Assembly: GCF_018350175.1 (NCBI RefSeq)
Contig: NC_058375.1
Location: 17,050,001 to 17,114,000, forward strand
Source: Felis catus
Lineage: Eukaryota
DNA: 64,000 nt
Direction of reading: 5' to 3'
The notes under the pieces were generated by a model. It was not told the DNA's origin. It ran no database searches and was given only the letters and a program-made list of their open reading frames with translations. The stretch's first letter is position 1. Every line of letters starts with the position of its first letter. Below are positions 23,564 to 36,541 of this stretch, one piece after another. Both the position numbers and the translations under genes were made by a program.

Positions 23564-24235
23564 NNNNNNNNNNNNNNNNNNNNNNNNNNNNNNNNNNNNN
23601 NNNNNNNNNNNNNNNNNNNNNNNNNNNNNNNNNNNNNNNNNNNNNNNNNNNNNNNNNNNNNNNNNNNNNNNNNNNNNNNNNNNNNNNNNNNNGTGTACCA
23701 AAAGCAATGCTTAGAGGCAAATGTATAGCACCAAATGCATGTATTAGGTAAGAACAAAGATCTAATAGCAATAAGCTAAGCTTCCATCTTAGGCAATTAG
23801 AAAAAGAAAAGCAAATTAAAACCAAAGTTAACTGAAGAGAAGAAATAAAAATTAAAGCAGAAATCAACTGGTTCTTTGAAAAGATCAATAGAATCAATAA
23901 GCCTCTAGCCAGGCTAATGAAGAAAAAAAAAAAAGACAAATTACTAATACCAGTAAGAGGGGCTATCACTACAGATCCCATGGACATTAAAAGAACAAGG
24001 GATTATGAACAACTCTATGCCCACAAATTTGATAACCTAGATGAAATGTACCAATTGCTTGAAAGATATAATCCTCAGGAACTCACACAAGCAGGAAATA
24101 GGTAATCTGAATAGGATTGTATCTATTTAAGAAATGGAATCAATAATAACCTTCAAAAACAGGAAACATACTGGGCCTAGATGGGTTCACTGGTAATTCT
24201 ACCATACATTTAAGAAGTAATTCTATCAATTATAA

Positions 24236-24458
24236 GAGATGCCTGGGTTGCTCCACTGGTGAGCATCCAACTCTTGATTTCGGCTCAGGTCATGATCTCA
24301 TGGTTCGTGGGACAGAGCCCTGGGTTGGGTTCTCTGCACTGAGCACTGACAGCACAGAGCCTGCTTGGGATTCTCTCTCTCTCTCCCTCTCTCTGCTCCT
24401 TTCTCTCCCCCCACTCACAAGCATACCCTCTCTCTCAAAATAAATAAATCAAAAAAAA
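24236..24458 (+). mobile_element. Can-SINE
   Basis: Degenerate long TSD aagaag(t/c)aatt(c/a)ta(t/c)caatta. Confidence 0.9.
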
Positions 24459-24745
24459 AGAAGCAATTATACCAATTATACAATTTTCTACAAATTCTTC
24501 CAGAAGTTAGGAGCAGAGGAAATACTCCTTAGCTCATTCTGAGGCCAGCATTACCCTAACATCAAAACCAGACAAAGGAAAAAAAACCCCACAGACTAAG
24601 ATCTCTCATAAACATAGATGTAAACATCTTACAAAATATTAGCAGATCTAATCCAACACTGTATAAAAAGAATTTCAGACCATGACCAAGTGGGATTTAT
24701 CCTGAGTATACAAAACTGGCTCAATGTTCAAAAATCAATTTATGT

Positions 24746-24932
24746 GGGGCGCCTGGGTGGCTCAGTCGGTTAAGCATCCGACTTCAGCTCAGGTCACGAT
24801 CTCGCGGTCTGTGAGTTCGAGCCCCATGTCAGGCTCTGGGCTGATGGCTCAGAGCCTAGAGCCTGCTTCCGATTCTGTGTCTTCCTCTCTCTCTGCCCCT
24901 CCCCTGTTCATGCTCTGTCTCTCTGTCTCAAA
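24746..24932 (+). mobile_element. Can-SINE (SINEC_Fc-like; tail runs into an N-run)
   Basis: Near-consensus felid SINE body. Confidence 0.9.
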
Positions 24933-25426
24933 NNNNNNNNNNNNNNNNNNNNNNNNNNNNNNNNNNNNNNNNNNNNNNNNNNNNNNNNNNNNNNNNNNNN
25001 NNNNNNNNNNNNNNNNNNNNNNNNNNNNNNNNNNNNNNNNNNNNNNNNNNNNNNNNNNNNNNNNNNNNNNNNNNAAAATGAGGAATAGAGGGAAACCTCC
25101 TCAACTTTATTTAAAAAAAAAAAAATCTACAGCTAGCATCATACTTAAAGGTGGAAAACTGTTCTCTGATCAAGAACAAAGCAAGAAGTCCCCTTACCAC
25201 AGCTTCTCAAAACTGTACTAGAATCCTAACTGATATGGTAAGACAAGAAGATAAAAAAAAAAAAAAAAAAGAAAGGGAAAGAAGAAATGAAACTCTTTGT
25301 TTTGCACAGGACATGATTGTAGAAAACCCAAATGAATCAACAATAACAAAAAAAAATTCCCCAGAACTAATAAGCAACTACAGCAAGAATGTAAGATACA
25401 AAGTTAGCATTCAAAAGTCAGCTGTA

Positions 25427-25622
25427 GGGAGCCTGCGTGACTGGAGTCAGTTAAGCGCGTCTGACTCTTGATTTCAGGTCATGCTCTCACAGTTCAGGAG
25501 ATCAAGCCCTGCATCGGGCTCCATGTGCTGAAAACGAGGAGCCTCCTTGGGATTCTCTCTCTTCTTCTCTCTCTGTTGCTGCATGCATGCTTTCTCAAAA
25601 TAAATAAGCTTAAAAAAAAAAA
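25427..25622 (+). mobile_element. Can-SINE
   Basis: TSD aaaagtcag. Confidence 0.85.
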
Positions 25623-25688
25623 AGTCAGTCTCTTTCCTATATACCAGCAATGAACAAATGGAATTTGCAATTAAAAACAATACCATTA

Positions 25689-25876
25689 GAGGCGCCTGTG
25701 TGTCTCGGTTGAGCGGCTGACTCTTGACTTAGGCTCGGGTCATGAGTTCATGGTTCGTGGGATCAAGCCCTGTATTGGGCCTGCACTGACAGCATGAAGC
25801 CTGCTTGGGATTCTCTCTCTCTCTCCTCTCTCTGACCCTCCCCCTCCCCAAAAATAAATAAACATTTTTTTTTAAA
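25689..25876 (+). mobile_element. Can-SINE
   Basis: TSD aataccatta. Confidence 0.85.
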
Positions 25877-26016
25877 ACAAGAATACCATTAAAAAACACA
25901 CACAATAGCATTTACATTAGCACCCAGCTCCAAAAAAAAAAAGAATTACATAAATATAAACCTAACAAAATATGTACAAGACCTATGTAAGGAAAACTAT
26001 ATAAAACTAATGGATT

Positions 26017-26188
26017 GGGGTGCCTAGGTGGCTCACTCGGTTAAGCGTCCGACTTCAGCTCAGGTCATGATCTCACAGTTTGTGAGTTCAAGTCCCGCAT
26101 CGGGCTCTGTGCTGACAGCTCGGGGCCTGGAACCTGCTTCTGATTCTGTGTCTCCCTCTCTTTCTGCCCCTCCCCCACTCATGCTCTG

Positions 26189-26220
<32 letters not shown>

Positions 26221-26245
26221 AATAATAAATGAACATTTTTAAAAA
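26017..26245 (+). mobile_element. Can-SINE
   Basis: Full element with (CT)n. Confidence 0.9.
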
Positions 26246-26798
26246 ACTGATGAATCAAAGAAGAATTAATAAAGAGATATTCCATGTTCACAGATAGGAA
26301 GACTCAATAATGTCCAAATGTCAATTCTTCCTAACTTGAAAGAGTAAATGTAATCCCAATCAAAACCTCATGCAAATTATTTTGTGGATATCAACAAACT
26401 GATTCTAAAATTTATATGGAAAGGCAAAAGATCCAGAACAGCCAACACATATTGAAGAACAACAAAGTTGGGAGACTAACACTACCTGATCTCAAGACTT
26501 AACTATAAAACTGCAGTANNNNNNNNNNNNNNNNNNNNNNNNNNNNNNNNNNNNNNNNNNNNNNNNNNNNNNNNNNNNNNNNNNNNNNNNNNNNNNNNNN
26601 NNNNNNNNNNNNNNNNNNNNNNNNNNNNNNNNNNNNNNNNNNNNNNNNNNNNNNNNNNNNTTTTCACCAGGTAGTACTGGCACAAATGAACACCCACATT
26701 CAAAACAACGAACCCAGACACAGACATTAAACCCTTCAAAAATACTAACTCAAACTGGGTCACACACCTAAATGTAAAACATAAAACTATAAAGTGCA

Positions 26799-27004
26799 GG
26801 GGCCCTGGGGTGGCTCAGTCAGTTGAGCATCTGTCCAACTCTTGATTTGGCTCAGGTCATGATCTCACTGTTAGTAAGTTCCATCCCTGCATCAGGCTCT
26901 GCACTGATAGCATGGATCCTGCTTGGGATTCTTCCCCTCTCTGCCCCTCGCCCACTAAATAAAGAACAGACTTAACAAACTTTAAGTTAACAAACTTAAA
27001 AAGA
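26799..27004 (+). mobile_element. Can-SINE with a patterned tail
   Basis: TSD aaaactata(a/c)agtgc. Confidence 0.85.
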
Positions 27005-27742
27005 AAAAACTATACAGTGCCTAGAAGGTAACAGACCAGAAAACTTAAGATGACCTTGGGNNNNNNNNNNNNNNNNNNNNNNNNNNNNNNNNNNNNNNNN
27101 NNNNNNNNNNNNNNNNNNNNNNNNNNNNNNNNNNNNNNNNNNNNNNNNNNNNNNNNNNNNNNNNNNNNNNNNNNNNNNNNNNNNNNNNNNNNNNNNNCAG
27201 TGGGAAAAAATATCTGCAAAAGACATATCTGATAAAAGAGTGTAAACCTAAAATACAAAGAATCCTTAAAACTCAACAATAAGAAAATAACTTNNNNNNN
27301 NNNNNNNNNNNNNNNNNNNNNNNNNNNNNNNNNNNNNNNNNNNNNNNNNNNNNNNNNNNNNNNNNNNNNNNNNNNNNNNNNNNNNNNNNNNNNNNNNNNN
27401 NNNNNNNNNNNNNNNNNNNNNNNNNNNNNNNNNNNNNNNNNNNNNNNNNNNNNNNNNNNNNNNNNNNNNNNNNNNNNNGCTAGTGGGAATGCAAACTGAT
27501 ACAACTACTCTGGAAGACAGTTTGGTGGTTTCTTACAACTAAACAGTTTTACCCATATGATCCAGCAATAGCACTCCTTTGTATTTACCCAAGGGAATAA
27601 AATCTGCATGTAGATATTTCTAGCACCTCTACTCATAACTGCCAATACTTGGAAGCAAACAAGATGTCCTTCAGTAGTGAGTGGATAACCTGTGGTATAT
27701 CCAAATAATGGAATATTATTTGCCTAAAAAGAAATGAGCTAT

Positions 27743-27945
27743 GGGGTGCCAACCATAGCATCCAACGTCGGCTCAGGTCATGATCTCGTGGTTCGTGAGT
27801 TCGAGCCCTGCACTGGACTCTGCACTGACAGTGCGGAGCCTGCTCCAGATCCTCTTTCTCTCCCTCTCTCCCTCTGTTCCCCCCCCCTAGTTGCACACAC
27901 TCGAGTGTACTCTCTCAAAATAAACTTTAAAAAATTTGAAAGAAA
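27743..27945 (+). mobile_element. Can-SINE with an altered head
   Basis: Body and tail recognisable. Confidence 0.85.
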
Positions 27946-28440
27946 GAAAGAAGTTATCAAGCCATGAAAACACAAGGAGGCAGCTTAAAAGGAAAAGCAG
28001 CCAATCTAAAAAGGCTACATACTATATGATTCCAACTATATGACATTCTGGTAAAGTCAAATTATGGAGACAATAAAAAGATCAGGAGAGAGAAACAGAG
28101 TGAATTTTCAGGGCAATAAAGCTACTCTGCATAATACTATACCAGTAAATACATCTCATTATAAATTTGTCCAAACTCAGAGAATGTACAACACCCAAGA
28201 ATGAGCCATGTAAACTATGGACTCTGGGTGATAATGATGTGTCAATGTAGGTTCATCAGTTGTAATGAATGTGGATAATGAGGGAAGCTGTGCACATGTG
28301 GGGGCAGGAGGTATATGGGAAATCTCTACCTTCTGCTCAATTTTGCTGTGAACCTAAAAGTGCCCTTTAAAAAAAAAGGTAAGTTTAATAGACAACAAGC
28401 TTTATGGGAGGGCGGGGCGAGTGCTGAGAGGAGGCTGCAA

Positions 28441-28672
28441 TTTTTTTTTTTAATTTTTTTTTCAACATTTTTTATTTTATTTTTGGGACAGAGAGAGACA
28501 GAGCATGAACGGGGGAGGGGCAGAGAGAGAGAGGGAGACACAGAATCGGAAACAGGCTCCAGGCTCTGAGCCATCAGCCCAGAGCCTAACGCGGGGCTCG
28601 AACTCACGGACCCGCGAGATCGTGACCTGGCTGAAGTCGGACGCTTAACCGACTGCACCACCCAGGCGCCCC
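28441..28672 (-). mobile_element. Young SINEC_Fc-like SINE
   Basis: CpG-rich near-consensus copy; perfect TSD aggctgcaatttt (28432-28444 and 28674-28686). Confidence 0.93.
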
Positions 28673-28689
28673 TAGGCTGCAATTTTAAA

Positions 28690-31200
28690 TAGCGCAATTA
28701 GGGTAAGCCTCAAGGTGGCGCCTACGCAGAGACTTGAAGGAAGCAAGGAAGAATGTTTAGGGAAGAACATTCCAGGCAAAGAGAAAACTGAAGACAAAGA
28801 CTACAAAAAAAAGAGCATACTCAATGTATTCAAGGAATATGAACAGCGTGTCTGGGGCTGAGGGAACAAAAGGAGCGGATCAAGAGATGGCGTTGAAGAG
28901 GCAGTGGGGGCACCTTGCAGGCCCTGGGGAGGCCTCTGGGTTCTCATTTAAGAAATGGAGACCCCTCCAAAGGTTCTGAGCAGAGCAGTAACATATTCTG
29001 ACTTGGATTTAAAGGGATCGATCTGGACTATATGGTTTCACTTTATGTGGTTGAAAAAGAGGCAAAAACTAATCCATAGAGAGAGTGGTTACCTCTGGGG
29101 AGACAGTGACTAGGAGGAGACTGCTGGGGATGTTCTATGCATGATAGATTCCTGCCATCAAGTTATAGAACTGAAGATCTGTACACCGTATGTTATACCT
29201 CAATAACAAAAAATAAAGATGGATGCCCTATAAAACAAGATATAGATGGACGTGACTGCTGTGCTCAAAACAGACCACAGAGGATAAGAGTAAGAGCAAG
29301 AAGACCAAAAGGAGCTCAGTAGAGTAATCCAATCAAAAGGTAATTGTGGCCTGGCCCAGGACAGTGGCCACACACATGGTAAGAAGTGGCCCAACTCTGG
29401 CCACTTGAAAGCAGAACCACAGCATTTGCTCTTGAATCGCATGTGAGGTGTGAGATAAAGGGATTAAAGAGGACTCCAAGGGTTTCGGTCCGAATTTGCA
29501 GCAGGATGGAATTGGTATCAGTTCAAACAGGGACGACTGGATGAGCAATCTGAGAAGGAAGATCAGGAGCTTGGTTTGGGACACACTATTTATGAGATGT
29601 GTATTAGTTATCCAAATGGGGATGTTAAGAGACTGTCTGAATATACAAGTCTGGAATTCAGGAGAGAGAATGGGCTGAACAGATAAATCTGTGAGTCAAC
29701 AAAGAATGGATGGCTTAGAAAACCATGATCTGGATGAGACTGTCAAGGAAGTGAGTAAATACAAAGAAATCAAGAGGTCAAAGGTCTGAGCCCCAAGGTG
29801 GCCAATATTTTTTACTGGTGGAAATGCAGAGTAAACAGCAAAGGACACAAAGACAAAGTCGGCAAGGTAAAGGAAAACGGGGAGAATATAGTATCATGGC
29901 AGCCCAGCAAAGAAAGCCTTTCAAGGAGAAAGGAGTGCTCAGCTCTGTCAGGTGAAGCTGATGGCTCAAATAAAATGATGGCTGAGAAGAGACCACTAAA
30001 TTTCACAACATGGAAGTCACCCTGACAAGAGCAGCACTGTAAAGTGATGGAAGTGAAAGTTTTATTAGAGTTTGAGGGGTGCCTGGGTGGCTCAGTTGGT
30101 TGGCATCTGACTTCGGCTCAGGTCATGATCCCGCAGTCCGTGAGTTGGAGCACTGTGTTGGGTTCTGCTGACAGCTCAGAGCCTGGAGCCTGCTTCAGAT
30201 CCTGTCTCCCTCTCTCTGCCCCTGCCCCACTCACACTCTGTCTCTTTCTCAATAATAAACATTTTTTTTTAATTTTTTAAAAGAAAAAAAGAGTTTGAGA
30301 AAATAAGGTGATGAACTGGAGAACACAAATATTAGATGACTTCTGAATTCTGTTAAAAAAAAAAAAACAGAGCAAATAGGTGGGGAGGCCACTGACAGAA
30401 AAAGTGGTATCAAAGTGTTTCTTTTTAAGACAGAAGAAAAAGCATGCTGGTATACTGGAATACGATCCAGGAAAAAAGGGAAATTTTGACAAATTATGAA
30501 AGGCAGACACCTTCTGGAGCAATGAATATTCTTGGGCAAAGGAGAGAAAATGGGGCTCTAGCATAAAGTACAAGCAGCAGTGCTAGAGAACACAGTTCAT
30601 GCATGGTGACAGACAGCAAGGCAGAGGAAGACAGGTGTGGTGGCAGGAGTCTAGTAAAGTTCTCTTTAGGTGGTTTTTGCATCTTCGCTGAAATAGAAAG
30701 TAAGGTCATCCTCTTAAAGTGTCAGTGGGGGTAAAGTATTATAGGTTTCAGATCTGGTCAGCCAGGTGAGTGGGAAATACAGAACAATCACCAGGCAACA
30801 TTAAAGGCCCACTTAAAATTCATGGTTAGGATTTAAAGTGAAACCAATCAGCAAGGTTGTATTTTTATAACCAGTCTTGTTCAGCTGACCAGATGAACGC
30901 ACAGAGAAGACAGAGTTGCATTGAACCAGGTTGGAACTTGATGAATTCAACAAAGCAAGAGAAGGCCACAGGAATTACAGGCATGTATAAGGGAACTTAA
31001 GCTCATTCAGTAAAGAGGAATGAGAACATACAAAGAACAGTGAAAATGTAATAGGACCAAATGAATGGAAAGTACCAACAAGGACAGAAGGACTGCTGGA
31101 GTTAGGGTACTAGTGGGAGTGAGCTTGAACGACAAGAGATGGTAACCAGAGGGGGAATCTATCTCCAGGAACTGAAATTACCAAGGGGTTGCAGTAACTG
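28690..31200 (-). mobile_element. Long L2 remnant (interrupted)
   Basis: Purine-rich reverse L2 motifs (gaacattccaggcaaagag; tttggtttgggacacact; ggatgagactgtcaagg). Confidence 0.65.
30076..30290 (+). mobile_element. Can-SINE
   Basis: TSD agagtttgag. Confidence 0.9.
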
Positions 31201-31353
31201 ATGTCCAAAACTAAGGTNNNNNNNNNNNNNNNNNNNNNNNNNNNNNNNNNNNNNNNNNNNNNNNNNNNNNNNNNNNNNNNNNNNNNNNNNNNNNNNNNNN
31301 NNNNNNNNNNNNNNNNNNNNNNNNNNNNNNNNNNNNNNNNNNNNNNNNNNNNN

Positions 31354-31510
31354 CAGATTTGGGGCAATTATGGCGTGTGAATGGAGGTTCATCAGTTGTA
31401 ACATATACCACTCTGGTGAGGGATGTTGACAATGGGAAAGGCGGGCAGGGAGTATATAAGGAATCTCTTCCCTTCCCCTTTCTTCTGTGAACCGAAAAAT
31501 GCTCTAAAAT
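31354..31510 (+). mobile_element. L1MC-like 3' end fragment
   Basis: aggttcatcagttgtaac...ctgtgaacc...tgctctaaaataaag. Confidence 0.7.
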
Positions 31511-31524
31511 AAAGATTTTATTAA

Positions 31525-31634
31525 ATTAAAGATTTTATTTTTTACAGTAATCTCTACATCCTATGTGAGGCTTAAACTTGCAAGCCCGAGATCAAGAGTT
31601 GCACACTCCACCAACTGAGCCAGCCAGGTGCCCC
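31525..31634 (-). mobile_element. Short-type Can-SINE
   Basis: Reverse short SINE. Confidence 0.8.
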
Positions 31635-31744
31635 TAAGACAGTCTTAATAAAAAATAAAATAAAAAACCTGAAGTTTTTGGTCACAGATGAGCATGATTG
31701 TGCGAATGCTGGGGGCAGGATGGGGTTTTAAAAAGATCACTGGA

Positions 31745-31960
31745 GGGGCGCCTTGGTGGCTCAGTTGGTTGAGTGTCCGACTTCAGTTCAGGTCATGATC
31801 TCACAGTTTATGAGTTCAAGCCCCGCGTCAGTCTCTGTGCTAACAGCTCGGAGCCTAGAGCCTGCTTCAGATTCTGTGCCTCCCTCTCTCTCTACTCACA
31901 TTCTATTCTGTCTCTGTCTCTCTCAAAAATAAACAAACATTTAAAAATTTAAAAAAAAAA
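31745..31960 (+). mobile_element. Can-SINE
   Basis: TSD atcactgga. Confidence 0.9.
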
Positions 31961-32039
31961 TCACTGGAAGAGAAAAATAACTGAGAGGCAAGGACCACAG
32001 AATTGTACACTGAAAGCACCACAAATTAACAGGACCAGA

Positions 32040-32250
32040 GCGGCGCCTGGGTGGCTCAGTCGGTTAAGCGGCCAACTTCGGCTCAGGTCATGATCTCGCA
32101 GTCTGTGAGTTCGAGCCTCACGTCGGGCTCTGTGCTGACAGCTCAGAGCCTGGAGCCTGTTTCAGATTCTGTGTCTCCCTCTCTCTGACCCTCCTCTGTT
32201 CATGCTCTGTCTCTCCCTGTCTCAAAAATAAAAACATTAAAAAAAAAAAA
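32040..32250 (+). mobile_element. Can-SINE
   Basis: TSD taacaggacca. Confidence 0.9.
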
Positions 32251-32821
32251 TTTAACAGGACCACAGCTGGAAAAAGTGACATTAAACAAGAAGCTAAAGC
32301 CACTGAGAAATCAGAGGCAATTTGGGGAACTGGGGTGTAAGAAGGTGACAGCAGGACTAAGGGTGCTGGGTGTTATAGTCTGATGAGATTAGATTTAAAA
32401 CTAGGGGGAAAGAGGGGAGGAACGTGGTCTGAGCCATAACAGAAAAACAGCTACCACTTGAAAGAGAATAATGGATTCATCAATGATCCCACAAGAAAAC
32501 ATAGGGCCAAAGGAAAGATTTGTGGAAATGACAAAAGCCACTTGTCTCCAACGCCAAGATCCCTTCTACTGACTGCACTGCAAGCCTACAGCCACCAGAT
32601 GGAACCCATGTACCACCCTTAAAAATACCAAGACCTCTGAGGTTTGGGAAATACAGTCTCCCTCTCTCAGCCTCTGAGATCCTACCCTCTCCCGGATTAT
32701 TTCTCCACCACTTTGCTTCCCTGGATACATCCTTCTCTAACCTCTCATCTTTGCTTCTTTTGGTCTCCCATCCTTCTCTTGCCAGTTTATATGCTTTCTC
32801 ATTCTCAAAAATGGAAGGGGA

Positions 32822-33005
32822 GGGGTACCTGTATGGCCCAGCTAGTTAAGCGGACTTCAACTCAAATCATGAGCTCAAGCTCTGCTTCGGGCTTGCTGCT
32901 GTCAGCACAGAGCCTGCTTCAAATCCTCTGCCCACCTACCTCTCTGCCCCTCCCCAGCTCATTCTCTCTCTTGCTCTCAAAATAAATAAATAAACTTAAA
33001 AAAAA
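32822..33005 (+). mobile_element. Can-SINE
   Basis: Diverged full element. Confidence 0.85.
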
Positions 33006-33016
33006 CTGGAAGGGAG

Positions 33017-33272
33017 AGAAAGATATCATATGTTTACACTCATATATGGATCTTGAGAGACTTAACAGAAGACCATGGGGGAAGGGAAGGGGGGAAGAAA
33101 AGATAGAGAGGAAGGGAGGCAAACCATAAGCGACTCTTAAATACAGAGAACAAACTGAGGGTTGATGGGGGGTAGAGAGAGGGGAAAGTGGGTGATGGGC
33201 ATTGAGGAGGGCACTTGTTGGGATGAGGACTGGGCGTTGAAGCCAATTTGACAATAAATTATATTTTTAAAA
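33017..33272 (+). mobile_element. Felid-type L1 3' end
   Basis: gatatcatatgtttacactc...ggatcttgagagacttaacagaagaccatggggg...gacaataaatt. Confidence 0.85.
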
Positions 33273-35006
33273 AATGGAAGGGGGAAAACCCTAAATTTAT
33301 ATATTTATATAAGAAAAAAAACCCTTTTCCCTTATTCCCATCCACTTTTCCTACTTCAAGTGCCATTTGTTTTTGGCCTTTTGCCTAGTGGTATGGTAAA
33401 AACAAACTAACCAACAAGCAAAACCCTTACCAATCTATACACAGGGTGAAGGAAATAGAGGGCTGAACTAAATACGGGCCATAAACCAATTTTAAAAGGA
33501 TCTGTACTGGCACAGTAATCACTGGAAAACAAATGATATATGATGTGTCCACAAAGTACTTTAAATCAGCTTATCCTTGTAAATATGCTAGAAAGCCATA
33601 AAGTTATACGCTTTAAAGAGATGAACTTTATGATATATAAATTAGATCTCAATAAAGCTGTTTAAAAAAAATCCCAGCTTACCCCAAACTGAAACATTCC
33701 CCTCAGCAACTCTTAGTTATACTAGTTTATACTATAGTTTTCATAAACAAATCCCATTTTCAGAAGAGAGAAATGTTAAACTCTAATATAGTCCCATCTA
33801 TAAATTGTAATTCTGAACTAGCAGAATCCACAAATCCTACTGCTTATTCATTTGGCTTTTAGTGCCAATTTTATATGTTCTGTTCAAAACTCGATATGAA
33901 CCAATCAGTACACCACTAGAAATGGAAAAGCTAAGCCCAGTAACTATACAGCACATACTTACTACAGGTGTGAAGAGAAGGAGTTTCACAAACCACTACT
34001 CAAAATCCTTTCAAAGTACTTATTGCTCTCAGGATAAAGACCAAAGTCCCCAAGAAGGCATGCAAAGCCCCAAAGGATCTGGCCCTGCCTACCTAGTCAA
34101 CCTTGTCTTCAAACTCCATGTGGGCTCCACACTCTTGGAGCCCACAAACTTTGCACTCTATCATCTCCAGGCCTTTACTAGCTTGACTGGTAATCCTTCT
34201 CGTTTCTCCAAATGCCACCTTAGACAATACCTCCTCCTGGAATCTTCTGCAGCAACTTCCTCCCCAAAATTGCAGGGCAAAGCAGGGCTTCTCCTTCTTG
34301 CTTTTACAGTGTGGGCTGTACTGGTCCATTCACAGCACACATCACACTGTATTCGAGTTGTATTTACCCATTTTGTTTCTCCAACTTGTTTCTTATTCAC
34401 CACTGTATTCTCAGTACCCAGCAGGAAGCCTAGTCCATTATTAATGCGTAAAATTTGATGAATGAATGGCTGCATGGCTGGAGCCATTATTAAATGGCTT
34501 ATCGGCTCTTTGGCACTAACCATTAACAGAAAACAATAAAAATGATGTCAACAAGCTACTCATGGATTACAAGGGTGAAAACAATTGGCAGATATGGCAG
34601 CACAGATACCTGGTCCTGTGGTGATGCCCTAAATGACCTCATCCCAAGCCCAGTGTCACCTGTAGAGTCTCAGTCCTGGTGCTTTTCCATTTGAACTTGC
34701 CCTTTTGGGCTTTCAGGTCTATACCAGATCTTTTTCCACTCCTTAGAGTGGGATTTCAGAGCCAAAATGTAGCTAAAAGATCATTCAGTCCACTGGTTTT
34801 CAATCTGGGCTCAGCAAATCCCCTCAGGGGTCATTCGGAGCAGGGGAGAGAACAGGGAGAAGGTTTGAGCAGACTGAGCTTCAGGCTCCTTCTCTCATTT
34901 TCATCAACCAACGCAACCAATTTCTAGCTTTTTAACATACTGGGTTTCCCCAATATGACAGTAAAGAAAGAACTCCACCACTTTCGTTTAAAATAAAACC
35001 ACCTTA

Positions 35007-35225
35007 GGAGGCCTGGGTGGCTCAGTCAGTTAAGCATCCAACTCCTGGTTTCTGCTCAGGTCATGATCTCGCAGTTGTGGGTGCAAGCCCCACATCAGGC
35101 TCCACGCTGATGGCAGGAAGCCTGCTTGGGATTCTCTCTCTCTCCCTCTCTCTCTGCCCCTTCCCTCCCTGCTTGTGCTCGTTCTCTCTCTCTCTCTCAG
35201 AATAAATAAACTTAAAAAAAAAACT
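35007..35225 (+). mobile_element. Can-SINE
   Basis: TSD aaataa(a/g)accacct. Confidence 0.9.
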
Positions 35226-35884
35226 TACAAAATAAGACCACCTATTTGGCCCAATCCCCTTACTTTAAAAATGAAGAAACTGAGATTCAGAAGTAAATAC
35301 TGTGGTTTCTCTAGCAACTCAGAAAAGGTAAGGACTTTAGTCTCTTGACTATCCAGAATTCTTCCCATTGTGCAGAAACACCTGCCTGGAAACTCTTAAG
35401 CATTTTTACAAAGTGAGGAGTTCTGATTATTCACAGACCAATAACAAAAAGGTACAGAGGACAACCACCAATGGAGCACTACTGTACTGTAGACAATATA
35501 TTAAGTACTTAATTCACATGCTTTCTCTCGGAACCTCAGATCTACCCTTTACTTTTTCTTAAATCACCTAAGGCTTTCTCTTCCATACAAGTATGGTAAT
35601 CCCCAGGGATGTAAAGGACTTAGCAGAATGCCTTGCCCTAAGTCACAACAAGCAGTAGCTATTACTATTATTCTATTCAGTCTCCACAAAAATGTTATGG
35701 GATAGGAACCTTTGAACTCCTAATGTCACACAGCTGGCAAGGAGGAAAGCCAGATGTTGAACCCAAGTTTACTTCCACAGTCCACATTATTTTGAGAATG
35801 TTACTCTGTTGGCCAAATCAATAATCTCTGTGCCCCAGCGCCCTCCTCTGAGCAAATGAACAAATACCAACCCCACCTACCACA

Positions 35885-35885
<1 letters not shown>

Positions 35886-35920
<35 letters not shown>
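35886..35920. repeat. (CAA)n microsatellite
   Basis: About 11 perfect CAA units. Confidence 0.95.
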
Positions 35921-36541
35921 AAAGTCAGCTATAAAGGGCTCTGAAAAGTCCTATGCATACCTAAGGTAAGTTTCACCAGGCAAAATCCTCCTAGAAATAG
36001 CCTCTCACTAAAATCAGCCCTTCTGCCCAGAGAAAACAAGAAATTTGATCAAAAATGGAGTTAGAGTGCCACTTTTCTCTAACCTTTTGGCCCTACGCAT
36101 AGCCAGAGAAAGAAATGGCTTTGCTATCTCCAGGACCTCCCACATGCCCTAGTAACAGTATGTTTATCCAGATAAAATTCATTTGTAGACACCTATAGAA
36201 CATCTATGATGCACCTAGCATTTTGCCAAGTGCTATACAGATTATCAAGACCTAACCCTTGCCTTTAAGTCATCAGAAAGAGAGAGCTAACTCTCTTTCT
36301 AGCTGAGTTCCCATTCACATGAGAAAGATACAGCATCAATTCTCTCTCATTCAGGGCTCCTTTCTGCCAAAGTTCTTGAACCCAGTTCCAAATGGCCCTA
36401 TCTAGCATTTTGGAGGCTGGCTCTTCTTCCTGTCCCACTGGACCAGGAAAGTCTGAAATAGAACATAATCAAACTTGCCCTGCCCTTTCCCCCTAACATA
36501 GCTGTCATGATTCACACTTCCTGTTCCCAACAGTCATTGAA

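Larger units (their letters stand above)
19740..28380 (+). mobile_element. Near full-length ancient L1 (L1MC-like 3' end): 5' region, ORF1 remnant, ORF2 remnant, 3' UTR; interrupted by about 13 SINEs and 5 N-runs
   Basis: Ordered L1 segments: ORF1 remnant about 20980-21650, endonuclease remnant about 22500-23350, RT region about 23700-27300 (ITTDPMDIKR...YAHKFDNLDEM), L1MC-type 3' end about 27500-28380. Confidence 0.7.

Noticed and set aside
33431-33521. Possible 91-nt minus-strand exon (ttttccag|...TTG|gtaagg)
   Set aside because: Short, weak polypyrimidine tract. Signal pairs of this quality are common by chance in a 27-kb intron.
33862-34458. 198-aa + strand ORF
   Set aside because: It overlaps degenerate L2-like sequence, has no recognisable protein features and starts at a non-ATG codon.
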